A stretch of 63,660 bases of DNA, filler included, from Craspedostauros australis (lineage: Eukaryota): NCBI GenBank assembly GCA_030167865.1. It is 6 parts of 6 records of this genome, joined end to end, with 100 filler letters (N's around TTAATTAATTAA, not from the genome) between each part and the next. Parts side by side here need not be neighbours in the genome. Positions count along the whole stretch, not along the records: positions 1 to 19,643 come from JALAGF010004600.1; 5 more parts are not named here. The stretch is one strand, 5' to 3'. Below, piece by piece: positions 10,121 to 19,743 of the stretch. Made by a program: the position numbers and the translations under genes. The notes under the pieces are model-generated. The model saw only the letters and a list, made by a program, of their open reading frames with translations, searched no databases and was not told the origin of the DNA. Position 1 is the stretch's first letter. Each line of letters begins with the position of its first letter.

Positions 10121-12391
10121 ATGAGCAGAGCCATTCAGTCCATCCTGAAGCGCAGTCCGCTGAGACGAGCAGAACCAGAGCTGTCGACGGCCGTCTCCAC
10201 AGAATCCAGGGAATCCACAGACAGCAAACATCAGGACCGGATGATGCTGCCGACGCAGAGCGTGCTGATGGGCACAGTCACCACAGCGGATGCAGGTGAC
10301 GCAGTCGATCGCTCGGACGACAAGATTCAGAAGCACATGCTCAAGATGAAGCTGCCGCAGACGCCGAATGCTCAGGACGACGATGACAGCGACAGCAATG
10401 ACAATGCGATTGACGCCAACGCTGGCGATCGCAGCCGAACGAACAGCGACAATGCGCAATCGCTGGATGAACTGCGCCACCGCGAAAAGGCGATGCATCA
10501 GGCGCTCGAAGTCGTGTGCCGCGTGGCTGCGATGGACACGGACCAGTACCAGACCAAGCTCGTGGAGAATGCGCTGCCGCAGATACCGGATCACGGCGCC
10601 AACCTCAACACTGCGCATGTGGCAAGGCTTTCGCAATCCGTGCACAAGTTCCATGCCTCCGTCACGAATCTGCAGCATGAGAATGCGATGCAAACGACCG
10701 AAATCCAGGAACTGCAGGCAGAGCTGCGGCACGTGCGCGAGCATGAGAAGCAGCTCAACCGGGCATTGCACAAGCTGCACAGACGCAACCAGCGTCTCAA
10801 GGAGAAGCTCAAAGGCAAGGACACCATCGCGGCCAAGATCATGCATCAGGTGCAAAGCCGCGTCAACAATCAGCAGCGCAAGCAGGACGAGGACTTTCTC
10901 AAGCTGGCAACGCAGGTGCAGCAGCATGAGCTCAACATGGTGCATCTGCAACGCGCGGCAAGGGAGCGCACCAGTTCCAACTTCTCCGACATGGACGGCC
11001 TGCAGGACTTTGACGGTGCCTCCAGCGTCGGCAGCGTCAACACATCGCAATCGCTCTTCACGGATGACGGCATTGCCAGTTTGCGCATCGAGAGCGACAG
11101 GTCGCAGCAGTGGCCGCCCATGGTCGAAGTCTATCCCAACCAGCATGACCGCCACTCGCCGCTGCCGCCGGGATTGGAGTTGCCGTCCACGCCGCCGCCG
11201 GTGGTGGCACCAACGCATCCCAAGGAAACGACGGTTAACTCGCGCATTGGCAAGCAATTCTCGGCCTTCTTTTCGGGAAGCAAGGTCGCGCAGCTCTACA
11301 CGCTGTCGGTCCTCGCACCTGCGGGCATGCAGTTCGTCAAATTGCGGTTAGATGACGAGCAGGTCAAGCAATCGCCCACGTTAAATGCCGCAGGCGTCAA
11401 GGCGAAAACGAAACGCAATACAATTCAAGGCGGTGCTGTGGATGCCAACGGCAACGGTATGCCGTTGATGGATCAGGACCTTGACGGAATTCAGGGCGGC
11501 CCGTGTTACGCGTTCGCTGTGTGCGGATACAATGGATTTGACTCCGATACCAACGTCAAGCCGACCTTCGGAGCGCGTCTCGTTTCCATCGACAAGGAGG
11601 TCGTGCCCGGCGCCATCACCGAGCAAGAGTTGCAGCAATGGATCTCCGAGAAAGGTCGGACAGTCAAGCTCACATTCCGCAATGATACTTGGAATGCAGC
11701 GCAGCGGGAACATCTCGAACGTTCATCTCAGCAGATCTCCAATACATCGCCAGCAGCAGCAGATCTCAGCAACACGACCACGCCGAATGCTGGCAGCCAG
11801 ACCAAGACCGAGATCAATAGGCCATCCTTCTTGCGTCAACGAGCGGCCAGTTCCGATGCTACAGTAGGAGCCGCAAAGGCGAACAAGGCCAAAGTTGGCT
11901 TTTGGGGATTTTCGCCCGTCTTGACTCCCACCGGCACAGGCAGAAAAGCAAAAGCGGGCATCACGCCTGCCATGGCCTTGCCTCCGACCAACTCGCCCAA
12001 GAAGCTTGCACCAAGGACTGTGGCCAACAGAGACGCATCCAGCAGCAGCAGCTTACCGGAATCCCCGCCACAGATCGCGCGCAACCGCATCAACACGTCC
12101 GAATCTGGCAGTAGCAACGGCTCGGTCTCTTCCATGCTGAACCGCGTGCGCACGAAATCCGGTGAGGCGCTGCATCACTTCTCCGGCGACATCAAGAAAT
12201 CCATGAGGATGTCGCCTGCACCCAAGAAAGCGGAAGGACCTGAAGCGGACAGCTCGAATAAGAATCCGATGCGCAGCATCGGCAAAATGTTCGCCAGCAG
12301 CACGAGTATCGAAGAAGAAGCGCCGCAACCGCAAAAAGCACCGCAGGAAGACACGACCGTCAAGTTGAAAAATATGTTTTCATTTCGGTGA
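10121..12391 (+). CDS. 756-aa protein with coiled coil (~10470-10970) and a PDZ-like domain (~11290-11700)
   Basis: Long ORF with a heptad-rich LQHENAMQ...LKEKLK region. APAGMQF...GARLVSID...VKLTFR resembles PDZ beta-strands. S/P-rich tail. Confidence 0.7.
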   Translation: MSRAIQSILKRSPLRRAEPELSTAVSTESRESTDSKHQDRMMLPTQSVLMGTVTTADAGDAVDRSDDKIQKHMLKMKLPQTPNAQDDDDSDSNDNAIDANAGDRSRTNSDNAQSLDELRHREKAMHQALEVVCRVAAMDTDQYQTKLVENALPQIPDHGANLNTAHVARLSQSVHKFHASVTNLQHENAMQTTEIQELQAELRHVREHEKQLNRALHKLHRRNQRLKEKLKGKDTIAAKIMHQVQSRVNNQQRKQDEDFLKLATQVQQHELNMVHLQRAARERTSSNFSDMDGLQDFDGASSVGSVNTSQSLFTDDGIASLRIESDRSQQWPPMVEVYPNQHDRHSPLPPGLELPSTPPPVVAPTHPKETTVNSRIGKQFSAFFSGSKVAQLYTLSVLAPAGMQFVKLRLDDEQVKQSPTLNAAGVKAKTKRNTIQGGAVDANGNGMPLMDQDLDGIQGGPCYAFAVCGYNGFDSDTNVKPTFGARLVSIDKEVVPGAITEQELQQWISEKGRTVKLTFRNDTWNAAQREHLERSSQQISNTSPAAADLSNTTTPNAGSQTKTEINRPSFLRQRAASSDATVGAAKANKAKVGFWGFSPVLTPTGTGRKAKAGITPAMALPPTNSPKKLAPRTVANRDASSSSSLPESPPQIARNRINTSESGSSNGSVSSMLNRVRTKSGEALHHFSGDIKKSMRMSPAPKKAEGPEADSSNKNPMRSIGKMFASSTSIEEEAPQPQKAPQEDTTVKLKNMFSFR

Positions 12392-12519
12392 TGCGCGTGG
12401 ATTTGGATGCTCCTTGTATTATACAACAACAATGGATGTATTACACTTATGAAATTTCCTAAACTATTATAGAAAGATTTGAGACACAACTACATGACTC
12501 TACTGCGCGCTGTGCATCA

Positions 12520-13437
12520 TCATGCCGCTGATGCTGGAAACGGGGAAAAGCATTCAATGATGTCGCCCTCCTTCAATCCGATTTCGGCCGACGTGTGATG
12601 CTGCGTCAATGACTGTCCCTGAAATGAAAATTGAAAGGCGTGGGCTGGATACCGTACGAGCTTGGCGTAATGTTGAAACAGCAACCGCAATCGTTGTGTC
12701 GTGCGTATTTTGAACCAAATCTTGATGTTGTTCTGTGTCGTGGAATAGGTATCAATGGGGACGGACAGAGCGGGAGGAGAGGAGACGATAACATTATTGT
12801 GAGTAGACACATCGGCATCATGACCGCAAAAAAAGACACTCGCAATGAAATGAGATGCAATGCAATGCAATGGACTTACCTGGTCCCTCACCACAACTGT
12901 AATGGCTTCCTGCAGAACGGGTTGCACCTGCACACGAACGCATTCCATGACATCGCCATCTTTCATATGCAACTGCTGCGGCGTATGCGTGGCTTCCAAA
13001 TACAATCCTTTATAGACAAATTGGACATCCTGCTGCGCTGCGGACAGCATGCGCGCCTTGTACGAATCGAACAATCGTTTCAATTTCTGGGTCGTCTTGA
13101 GTTGGAACCATAGAACGGAACCGGTCTGCTTGGGTTGGGAGGACGTGAGAATGCAAGAGAATGTGAGGAAGGCAAAGTATCGCGGCGAGTGTACGTGCAG
13201 CCGTCGCGCATGCGCGGCGTGGAAGAACATCAGCCACTTTGAAAGCCTCTTCACGACTGAACATTGCACTGCGCTGCGCAACACTTCAGGCACACCACGC
13301 TGCACATGCGGACTCCTTGTCATGGTATAGCCGGAACGTACTTCATCTCGAACTTGGATCTTCAACACTTCACATGGCGGATGGCGTGATGTTGTGCTGC
13401 GGGTTGTGTGCTGGAATGATGGCTCTGCGTCCGTCAT
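12520..13437 (-). CDS. Tandem SUMO-like-domain protein (Rad60/Esc2/NIP45 SLD-type), 3 exons: 13437-13342, 13125-12880, 12732-12520 (~184 aa)
   Basis: Spliced product has two SUMO folds: LKIQVRDE|TGSVLWFQLKTTQKLKRLFDSY...FVYKG...TPQQLHMKDGDVMEC and ITVVVRDQ|NNIKIWFKIRTTQRLRLLFQHY...FSFQG...GLKEGDIIEC. No C-terminal GG. Confidence 0.82.
   Translation of the reverse strand: MTDAEPSFQHTTRSTTSRHPPCEVLKIQVRDEVRSGYTMTRSPHVQRGVPEVLRSAVQCSVVKRLSKWLMFFHAAHARRLHVHSPRYFAFLTFSCILTSSQPKQTGSVLWFQLKTTQKLKRLFDSYKARMLSAAQQDVQFVYKGLYLEATHTPQQLHMKDGDVMECVRVQVQPVLQEAITVVVRDQVSPLHCIASHFIASVFFCGHDADVSTHNNVIVSSPPALSVPIDTYSTTQNNIKIWFKIRTTQRLRLLFQHYAKLVRYPAHAFQFSFQGQSLTQHHTSAEIGLKEGDIIECFSPFPASAA
12733..12879 (-). 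other. Intron 2 of SUMO-like gene (147 nt, phase 0)
   Basis: CAG|GTAAGT donor, ACACAG|AAC acceptor and internal TTGCA microrepeats. Same position in the fold as intron 1. Confidence 0.8.
13126..13341 (-). other. Intron 1 of SUMO-like gene (216 nt, phase 0)
   Basis: GAA|GTACGT donor and AAGCAG|ACC acceptor. Removal restores the SUMO beta1-beta2 hairpin. Confidence 0.72.
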
Positions 13438-14598
13438 GGCTGCTGTTGTTGCGGTTGTTGCGACTATTGTGAATAAGTGCGACCCTCTCTGCAATGGACT
13501 GCGTGGTCAGGGTTGATGGCAAACGCGTTGCTGGTGTCTCTCTCTGTTATATTGTCCGAAGTTGGATGGACGATGACGGGAGGATGATGAACTTGGAGTT
13601 GTCGCCTTGGAGTGATGGATCAATGAATGAGCTCGCCTGGTGGGAGTTGGTCAGTGCCTCTGGAAACCCTTGCTGATCTCGCACGCGAACACACGTCGAT
13701 CTCCGGAATGCAATACGAAGAATGGCCAGCGATGTGATGTGGTTACTCTTGGTATGATTGCTGTCTTTGTCGTTCGCTTCCGCTGAGCTCTCCGTTCTTG
13801 AACTTGCCAATGTACGATGGCTTGATGTGCTGTCCTCTCCGATTTACTTCACAAGGGATGGTATGCGAGCAGACGAAAGATGATGCGCTGCCTCTGCTGA
13901 TGCCTGCGATGGATGCGATCAGCATCTGCCTTGTGCCTCGTTGTTATCCTCTTGTGTGTTCGCTCTGTGCTTGTTCTGTGACATGGCCATGCCCGTTCCG
14001 TCACGCTGTCACACGAGGCTGTTGGTGGTTGCTGTAGCCATTCTTCTTTCTTTGGCTGTTGGATGCAGAAAATGTCGATCAAACTTTCTGTTGTGACCAC
14101 AAAACTGTGACAAATGTGGCAACCTAAAATTCTCGCAACGCCAAAAAATTGGTCACGGCCAACAAATTCGAAGGTCCCACCAAGAATCCGGGATTCGCGT
14201 TTGTTCCGTGCAACATCAATGCGAGAGTGTTTGAATCACGAGATCGTCGTGTTCGCATGAGTCGAACTTCGTGGGATTTCGCCAAGCGCGCGTAAATCAC
14301 GAATCCAACCCACCAACTCGATCAACACAATCGTTTCGGGAACACAACACGACGGCGGTGACTGGCGCTGCTCTCGGGATGCACCACGGCATCATCAGAT
14401 CACAGGCGAAGCGCACGTGATGTGGCTCTGCGTGCCTGCACTGTACCCTGTCCCGCTGTTCGTGGACAGTCACACATGTACTATACTTGCTCTGTTGCTG
14501 CAGCTCCATCGCACTGTCGCAGCGTCGAGGAGAGCAGAGTAGACTCCTCTATTGGCTTCTAGTATCACATTGGAGGCACTTATTTTGGAGCTATCCCT

Positions 14599-17421
14599 TC
14601 ACGAGCATGCCAACGGGTTCGGTTCGGGGCAGTCCAAGCCTGCATCGCTGATGGTGTACGTCTTTGTGCTGTCCCCGCCGCACATGTCTTCTTGGACACA
14701 ATTCTGGCACTGACCCGGGTCATCCCGTCCAGGTCCTTCTTTGCAGACTCCCTCTTTGATGATGATATCGTTGCTTGCTTGTGGGCTGCTGGCAGCGTTC
14801 GCGCATGCTGCGATTCCATCGCACGCACCCTTTTCGATGGTCACGCTTCCTTTGAAGTCCTTCGAGTTTCTATAAATGGAGTTGCAAGCAGATGGACCTT
14901 GGCACGCATTCTCCCCAACAAATACATTGGCCACAACAGGAGGGGTGCTCGCAGATGTGACTTGCCCATTGCGCTTTGCCAAGTCGGCGCATGAACCAGC
15001 ACCATTGCAAGCTCCATTCGCGACTCTCACATTGCCATATATTTTCAGACCGAAGCTTTGACAACTACTGCCCCCGACACATGCCGCTGGTCCGATCACT
15101 CTGTAGCCAACCTCGTCGAGGTTAGGATTGTTGCCCATCCGACCAAAAGCATAGCATCCTGCATATCCCGTGCAGCTCTCGAGGATGATGGTATCAGGGG
15201 CCACGTATCGGCATGCATAAGTGTCTGTGCACGAATCTTCACTCACTGTCATGACCCCAACACCCTGTGTGATTGAACAAGAGAAACTTGTGTCCGTGCA
15301 GCACTTTCCATCGCATGCTGTCGTCACAGCGTTCCCATTGCCAGTGAACAGTTTCTTCTGTTTTGCAACTGTTGCCAACAGAGCTTCGGTCACGCTCGCA
15401 TCGTTCTTGATCTTGTTGAAACGTTTCTGGGCTTCCTCCAGTGTCACAACCTGAGGAGGCGTATTGTCTCCGCATCCAAAGATGCTCTTGATCATCCTAT
15501 CTGTGCCATCAGTCAGGGCATTCACTGAAGCAATGAATTCGGCGCATGTGCCTGTATCATCGTCACAGCGGAGTCTATCATCGATGGTGTTGAAGGTGGA
15601 GTCGATATTGCCCGGACCTTCAAGGCATCCGACCTCAAGCAAACGATTGTCGACGGTTGGACCTGCCGATGGAATGCTTGACGGGAGCTGAGAGGGAGCC
15701 ATGGAAGGAAGTGAACTCGGAGCAGCAGATGGTAGAGCGGATGGGAGATCGGATGGCATGCTCGATGGTAGCTGAGACGGCCCAGCAGACGGAATACCCG
15801 TCGGACCAGCAGATGCGAGGCTGGTCGGATGTGCCGATGCAAGTGGGGTGGGGACGGGCGTGGGAAAGAATGTCGGACAATCCGTCGGCAATGTATCCTT
15901 CCCGATGCAGTACTCGGGAACCATATCGCCCGTCGGATTGTAATTGCTGTCTCTACCTCCCTTCGGACATGCTCCGTCCGCATCGTTGACAAGGTAATAC
16001 TCGTCCCACTCACACTCCGACTCCGTCATACATCCCTTGCAACTGCTGTCACCGCCAATGCACCCACCAGGCGGAACAATGATGTCCGTTCTCATCCTGT
16101 CACTGAATCCCAGCTTCTCACATGAGCTGTTATGACCGGCGCAGCCACCATCGCCGATCGTCAGGCTTCCTTTGTACTTGCCACCAGGACCACGATTGAC
16201 AGTGGAATGGGCATCCTTGCAGGCATGATCGCCAACACAAGCATCCGATCCAATGTGGATATGACATTGCATTCGAATGGATGATGATTCTTGTGCGATG
16301 CGTCGTCCAGCTGCATTGCATGCTTCTGATCCGAGACATGCACCGTTCTGGACGATCACGTCACCATAGGATCGATGTCCCACTCCCTCGCATGATCGTG
16401 CACTCGTGCATGCGACTTCGCCCACGAAAGTGATGCCAACGAGGATGGGATTAGGATTGGCGTCGTTCTGATTCATTGACTCACATGCACTGGTCCCAGT
16501 GCACGAAGAGTCCAGAATGAGAGGATTGGGTCCCATGTCCTTGCATGCCGAGTCCCCAGTGCACGCAGTGATGGCAACAGTCATGAATGGCAGTGTGGTG
16601 TGCATAGCAGAGGCGGGAGAATCTGCTGTGGAAGCACACCCGGACGATCCTTGGCAACATGGGTTGGTGACGGGTGGCGATTGGGCCATGCCGATGGCCA
16701 TGCATGTTGCCTTCATCGCATCCGGCCGTTCGGTGACAAGGGCCATCCCGGTATCTGCCAGCAAGGTGAGCTGCTCAGCGAGCGCTGCGTTCATCGCATA
16801 GCGGTTGAATAGCTTGCGCGCCGCTCCCTCGCCCAAGTCTCCTGCGCATCCGAAGTAGTTCTGTAGGTCTTGGGACTTCTTGACAGCAAGGACGGCCTCA
16901 CGGCATGATGCCTTGGAAGCGTTGCACATGATGAGCTTGGCTTCAGCTTCAGATGATGTGAGGGTGGTGGTACCTGTGGGCTTGCAGATGACGACGATGG
17001 TGGAATCGAAGTCAAGGTGCGTCTTTGGTGTATCCGTGATGGGAGTTGGTGCGGTTGTCGGTGCTGATGTTGGTGGTGATGTTGCTTCAGATGGTGGCGA
17101 AGTCGGTTCAGGGGTCTCCTCCGTGGTTGGCTGCGATGTGGGGAATGTCGCAGAGGCGAAAGTCGGAGAAGCCGTTGGTTGTCGGGTACCGCCGGCAGAC
17201 TTGTTCCTCTTGGCACCCGCCTTCGAGTTTCTCACTTCGCCGTCGCCATCGAGGGGATTGCCACCAATGGTGACCTTCAACCGACGAGTGGCTTCCAAGG
17301 TGAGGAACATCTCATCGACCACATCTTTGGTCATGTCACGGCGGAGGTGAAGGCGAGACTTGGCTGTCACGAACGAGGGAGCCAGGATGATGGTGAGAAT
17401 GAATGCTTTGATGTTGATCAT
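14599..17421 (-). CDS. Secreted cysteine-rich, mucin-like protein (940 aa) with two homologous Cys-repeat modules
   Basis: Signal peptide MINIKAFILTIILAPSFVTA, RXL-type sites (RRL, RLL), PT-rich and PSxxPS linkers, and repeated [IV]xxxAC-x-G-x2-[AS]C units in both halves. Confidence 0.85.
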   Translation of the reverse strand: MINIKAFILTIILAPSFVTAKSRLHLRRDMTKDVVDEMFLTLEATRRLKVTIGGNPLDGDGEVRNSKAGAKRNKSAGGTRQPTASPTFASATFPTSQPTTEETPEPTSPPSEATSPPTSAPTTAPTPITDTPKTHLDFDSTIVVICKPTGTTTLTSSEAEAKLIMCNASKASCREAVLAVKKSQDLQNYFGCAGDLGEGAARKLFNRYAMNAALAEQLTLLADTGMALVTERPDAMKATCMAIGMAQSPPVTNPCCQGSSGCASTADSPASAMHTTLPFMTVAITACTGDSACKDMGPNPLILDSSCTGTSACESMNQNDANPNPILVGITFVGEVACTSARSCEGVGHRSYGDVIVQNGACLGSEACNAAGRRIAQESSSIRMQCHIHIGSDACVGDHACKDAHSTVNRGPGGKYKGSLTIGDGGCAGHNSSCEKLGFSDRMRTDIIVPPGGCIGGDSSCKGCMTESECEWDEYYLVNDADGACPKGGRDSNYNPTGDMVPEYCIGKDTLPTDCPTFFPTPVPTPLASAHPTSLASAGPTGIPSAGPSQLPSSMPSDLPSALPSAAPSSLPSMAPSQLPSSIPSAGPTVDNRLLEVGCLEGPGNIDSTFNTIDDRLRCDDDTGTCAEFIASVNALTDGTDRMIKSIFGCGDNTPPQVVTLEEAQKRFNKIKNDASVTEALLATVAKQKKLFTGNGNAVTTACDGKCCTDTSFSCSITQGVGVMTVSEDSCTDTYACRYVAPDTIILESCTGYAGCYAFGRMGNNPNLDEVGYRVIGPAACVGGSSCQSFGLKIYGNVRVANGACNGAGSCADLAKRNGQVTSASTPPVVANVFVGENACQGPSACNSIYRNSKDFKGSVTIEKGACDGIAACANAASSPQASNDIIIKEGVCKEGPGRDDPGQCQNCVQEDMCGGDSTKTYTISDAGLDCPEPNPLACS

Positions 17422-18006
17422 GATTGATGGTTGGTGGTTGGTTGGTGGTTGATGCGATGGGTTTGACTGACGTTGGTCTCGGTTGGATTATTGATTATTG
17501 ATTGTTGTAGTGTGTTAGGTTAGGTTGGATGGGGTTGAGTGGTGATAGACTTCCGATGGTTGAGATTGTGAGAAGAGTGGGTTGTATAATCCATCCGATT
17601 GATGTGTGGATGAATGGATGTATGGATGTATTATAGAATACCATGGAGCATGATACTCTAATCTGGCGTTTACTGCTCATTCGTACTCGTAGGTTGTTGG
17701 GAATGGTGCGCCGTATTGCACTCGATTGCACTCAATTGCATTGGATTGCAATGCATTGGGGTGTGCTGTGTTGTGTTGTGTTGCGCCATGCACAAGTGTA
17801 CTCGTACCATCGTTCGTACTGCGTTGCCCAAGAGGAGGCGCTACAAGCGAACATCTTCATCGGCACTGAAAAGTGAGACTACTCTCTGTCCGCGTTCTCA
17901 ATTTCTGTTCGATCTTGCTTGTTGGGACAGTCATAGGGAAGAGCCGCCTCCAACTTTATCCAAACTGCTTGATGACGAATGTCCAAGATCAAAGGAGTAG
18001 TGTTAT

Positions 18007-19643
18007 GACCCAGGTGAGCGAGTGGACCAACCTTTGGTAAAGTAGAGTGGCACTTTTTCTTCGATTTCAACACAACCAAGCATATAAACCAACTCATTAT
18101 AGTCTCCATAGCAACAGGAAAATTACCCAGAGCCTTGAAGTCTGTAGTTTAGGTTTTATGGACCTGTCAATGTGCACATTTTTGGACTACTCCTAAACTG
18201 AGCGATAGACATCCGACAAGTTCGATCCAAAATAACGTGTTCGTGTTCTTGGTTTTGGCGAATTTGTTCACATTTTGAATTAATTAGTCCTTATTTTGTT
18301 CCTCCATTTTCGCCACCAGTCTGTCTCATCTTCGTGCGAATCGCATCCCTCACTTCTTGCGGGACCATCTCTTCGTTCTCCGCGTGCCTCCTGGTGGTGT
18401 TGGCCTCACACCACATCCTATTCTCCCTTTCCTCTTCTTCCATCTCTTCCTCTTCTTGGCTCTTCTGCTTGTCTGATGGTTTCGTACCTGTTGGTTCCAT
18501 AGCAGTTGCTGTTGCTGTTGCTGTTGGTGATGGTGGTGATGGTGATGATCCTGATGCCGTTTTTTTGGTGTTGTTGGTCGTACCTGCTGCCGTGGCTGTT
18601 TTCTTCGCGTCTCGTTGTGAGCTGTCGTACGCCGCGGTCAGGTGCGATTTCACGCGCATTGGACTTCCGTGCAATTGCGTGAACCAATCGGTCTCTGTTC
18701 CCTCCACCTCCATTAGTCGACGGTGCGCTTCGTGTTCTGTTGGTCGATTTTTCGGGTCGTTTTTGGCGGCCGTGCTCATTTCATCCAATTTCTGCAGTAC
18801 GTACCGTGGTAACTCCGCGTTGCTGCGCGTTGTTTTCACTGCCCAGCCCTTCACCGCGAGTCGTGGGATTTCGGCTTCCGCGGTCTGGTCTTTCAATTTT
18901 GCGGTGTGGTCGTGTGGTAGCTCTCCTTGCCCCATCTCCAATGCATCGCAAAACACGAGCGCCTTGCTCTCCACCGCGGTAGCACCCCACTTTCGCGTCT
19001 TCTTCTTCTTTGGTGATTCGGCGGTGAACGGTTCCTTTCCTGACATGTGCGTTGCGATCGTGCGGACACCCAGCCGGTTGATTTCCCATCCCTCCCACTC
19101 CACACACGGGACAAGTACGTCATCTGTGATGCCAGATGCCGCCACCAAATTGGCCTCATCATCTCCGAACTTGACCTCGTGCGTTTGGCGTACCTTTTGC
19201 CCTTTCGCACAGAAACGCTTCTTTGGCATGCCGGGGAAACTCAGGACATGCCCCTCGAGGCATTCTGCATCCACCAAAACCGTGGTTGTTCCTGCGATGT
19301 TGCCAGCTTCCAATGCATCGAAAAGTTGGTGTTCCGTCTTGATGTCNTTGTCCTCCAGCACGTACGCTCGCAACACAACAGTGATGTACGCAAAGTGCGT
19401 GTCAAGGCGACCTTTACCTGTTTGGGCTTCGGTGTAGATCCAGGCTGCAATCTTGGGGACATTTTGCGTTCCAAGGTTCTTGTTCAACACTGATGTGATC
19501 AGCGGGATGTGCTCGTGGCTCGCGAAACAAGACGCGTTATCGGATTGGATGACAATTTTGGTGACCGATGGAAGCAGTTTTCTCACCTGTTGTTGCACAA
19601 TTTCGAGAAGCCCGCCAACTTGGAGGGTGTCTTGAGTTGGCCT
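18007..19643 (-). mobile_element. DNA transposon, 3' part (Sola3-like DDD/E transposase), truncated by assembly linker
   Basis: Transposase-like ORF. About 300 nt of flank plus the ORF end recur at 50792-51387. Homology starts abruptly at TTAT|GACCCAGG in both copies. Confidence 0.7.
18291..19598 (-). CDS. Transposase C-terminal part (partial, 5' end missing)
   Basis: IVIQSDNASCF...IYTEAQTGKGRLDTHF resembles the SDNAxCY...GKGxCD catalytic-acid motifs I recall for Sola3-type transposases. Helical C-terminal region. Confidence 0.65.
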   Translation of the reverse strand: MQQQVRKLLPSVTKIVIQSDNASCFASHEHIPLITSVLNKNLGTQNVPKIAAWIYTEAQTGKGRLDTHFAYITVVLRAYVLEDXDIKTEHQLFDALEAGNIAGTTTVLVDAECLEGHVLSFPGMPKKRFCAKGQKVRQTHEVKFGDDEANLVAASGITDDVLVPCVEWEGWEINRLGVRTIATHMSGKEPFTAESPKKKKTRKWGATAVESKALVFCDALEMGQGELPHDHTAKLKDQTAEAEIPRLAVKGWAVKTTRSNAELPRYVLQKLDEMSTAAKNDPKNRPTEHEAHRRLMEVEGTETDWFTQLHGSPMRVKSHLTAAYDSSQRDAKKTATAAGTTNNTKKTASGSSPSPPSPTATATATAMEPTGTKPSDKQKSQEEEEMEEEERENRMWCEANTTRRHAENEEMVPQEVRDAIRTKMRQTGGENGGTK

Positions 19644-19743
19644 NNNNNNNNNNNNNNNNNNNNNNNNNNNNNNNNNNNNNNNNNNNNTTAATTAATTAAN
19701 NNNNNNNNNNNNNNNNNNNNNNNNNNNNNNNNNNNNNNNNNNN
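19644..19743. other. Artificial contig linker (N-run, TTAATTAATTAA, N-run). Same linker at ~51388-51487, 55283-55382, 59813-59912 and 62099-62198
   Basis: Identical ~100-nt N-flanked six-frame-stop spacer occurs five times. Confidence 0.95.

Noticed and set aside
12520..13437. Calling the gene SUMO/SMT3
   Set aside because: No diglycine after either domain, so it is not a conjugatable modifier.
17715..17790. TTGCA-based ~10-nt periodic repeats upstream of the secreted protein; similar low-complexity runs at 25460-25520 and 44140-44200
   Set aside because: Degenerate microsatellites also seen in introns here. No spacers and not CRISPR-like.
19644..19743. Repeated TTAATTAATTAA motif between N runs (five times), suggestive of TTAA target sites or a repeat array
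   Set aside because: Artificial six-frame-stop contig linker. Adjacency across it, including the apparent transposon cluster at 51488-63660, cannot be trusted.
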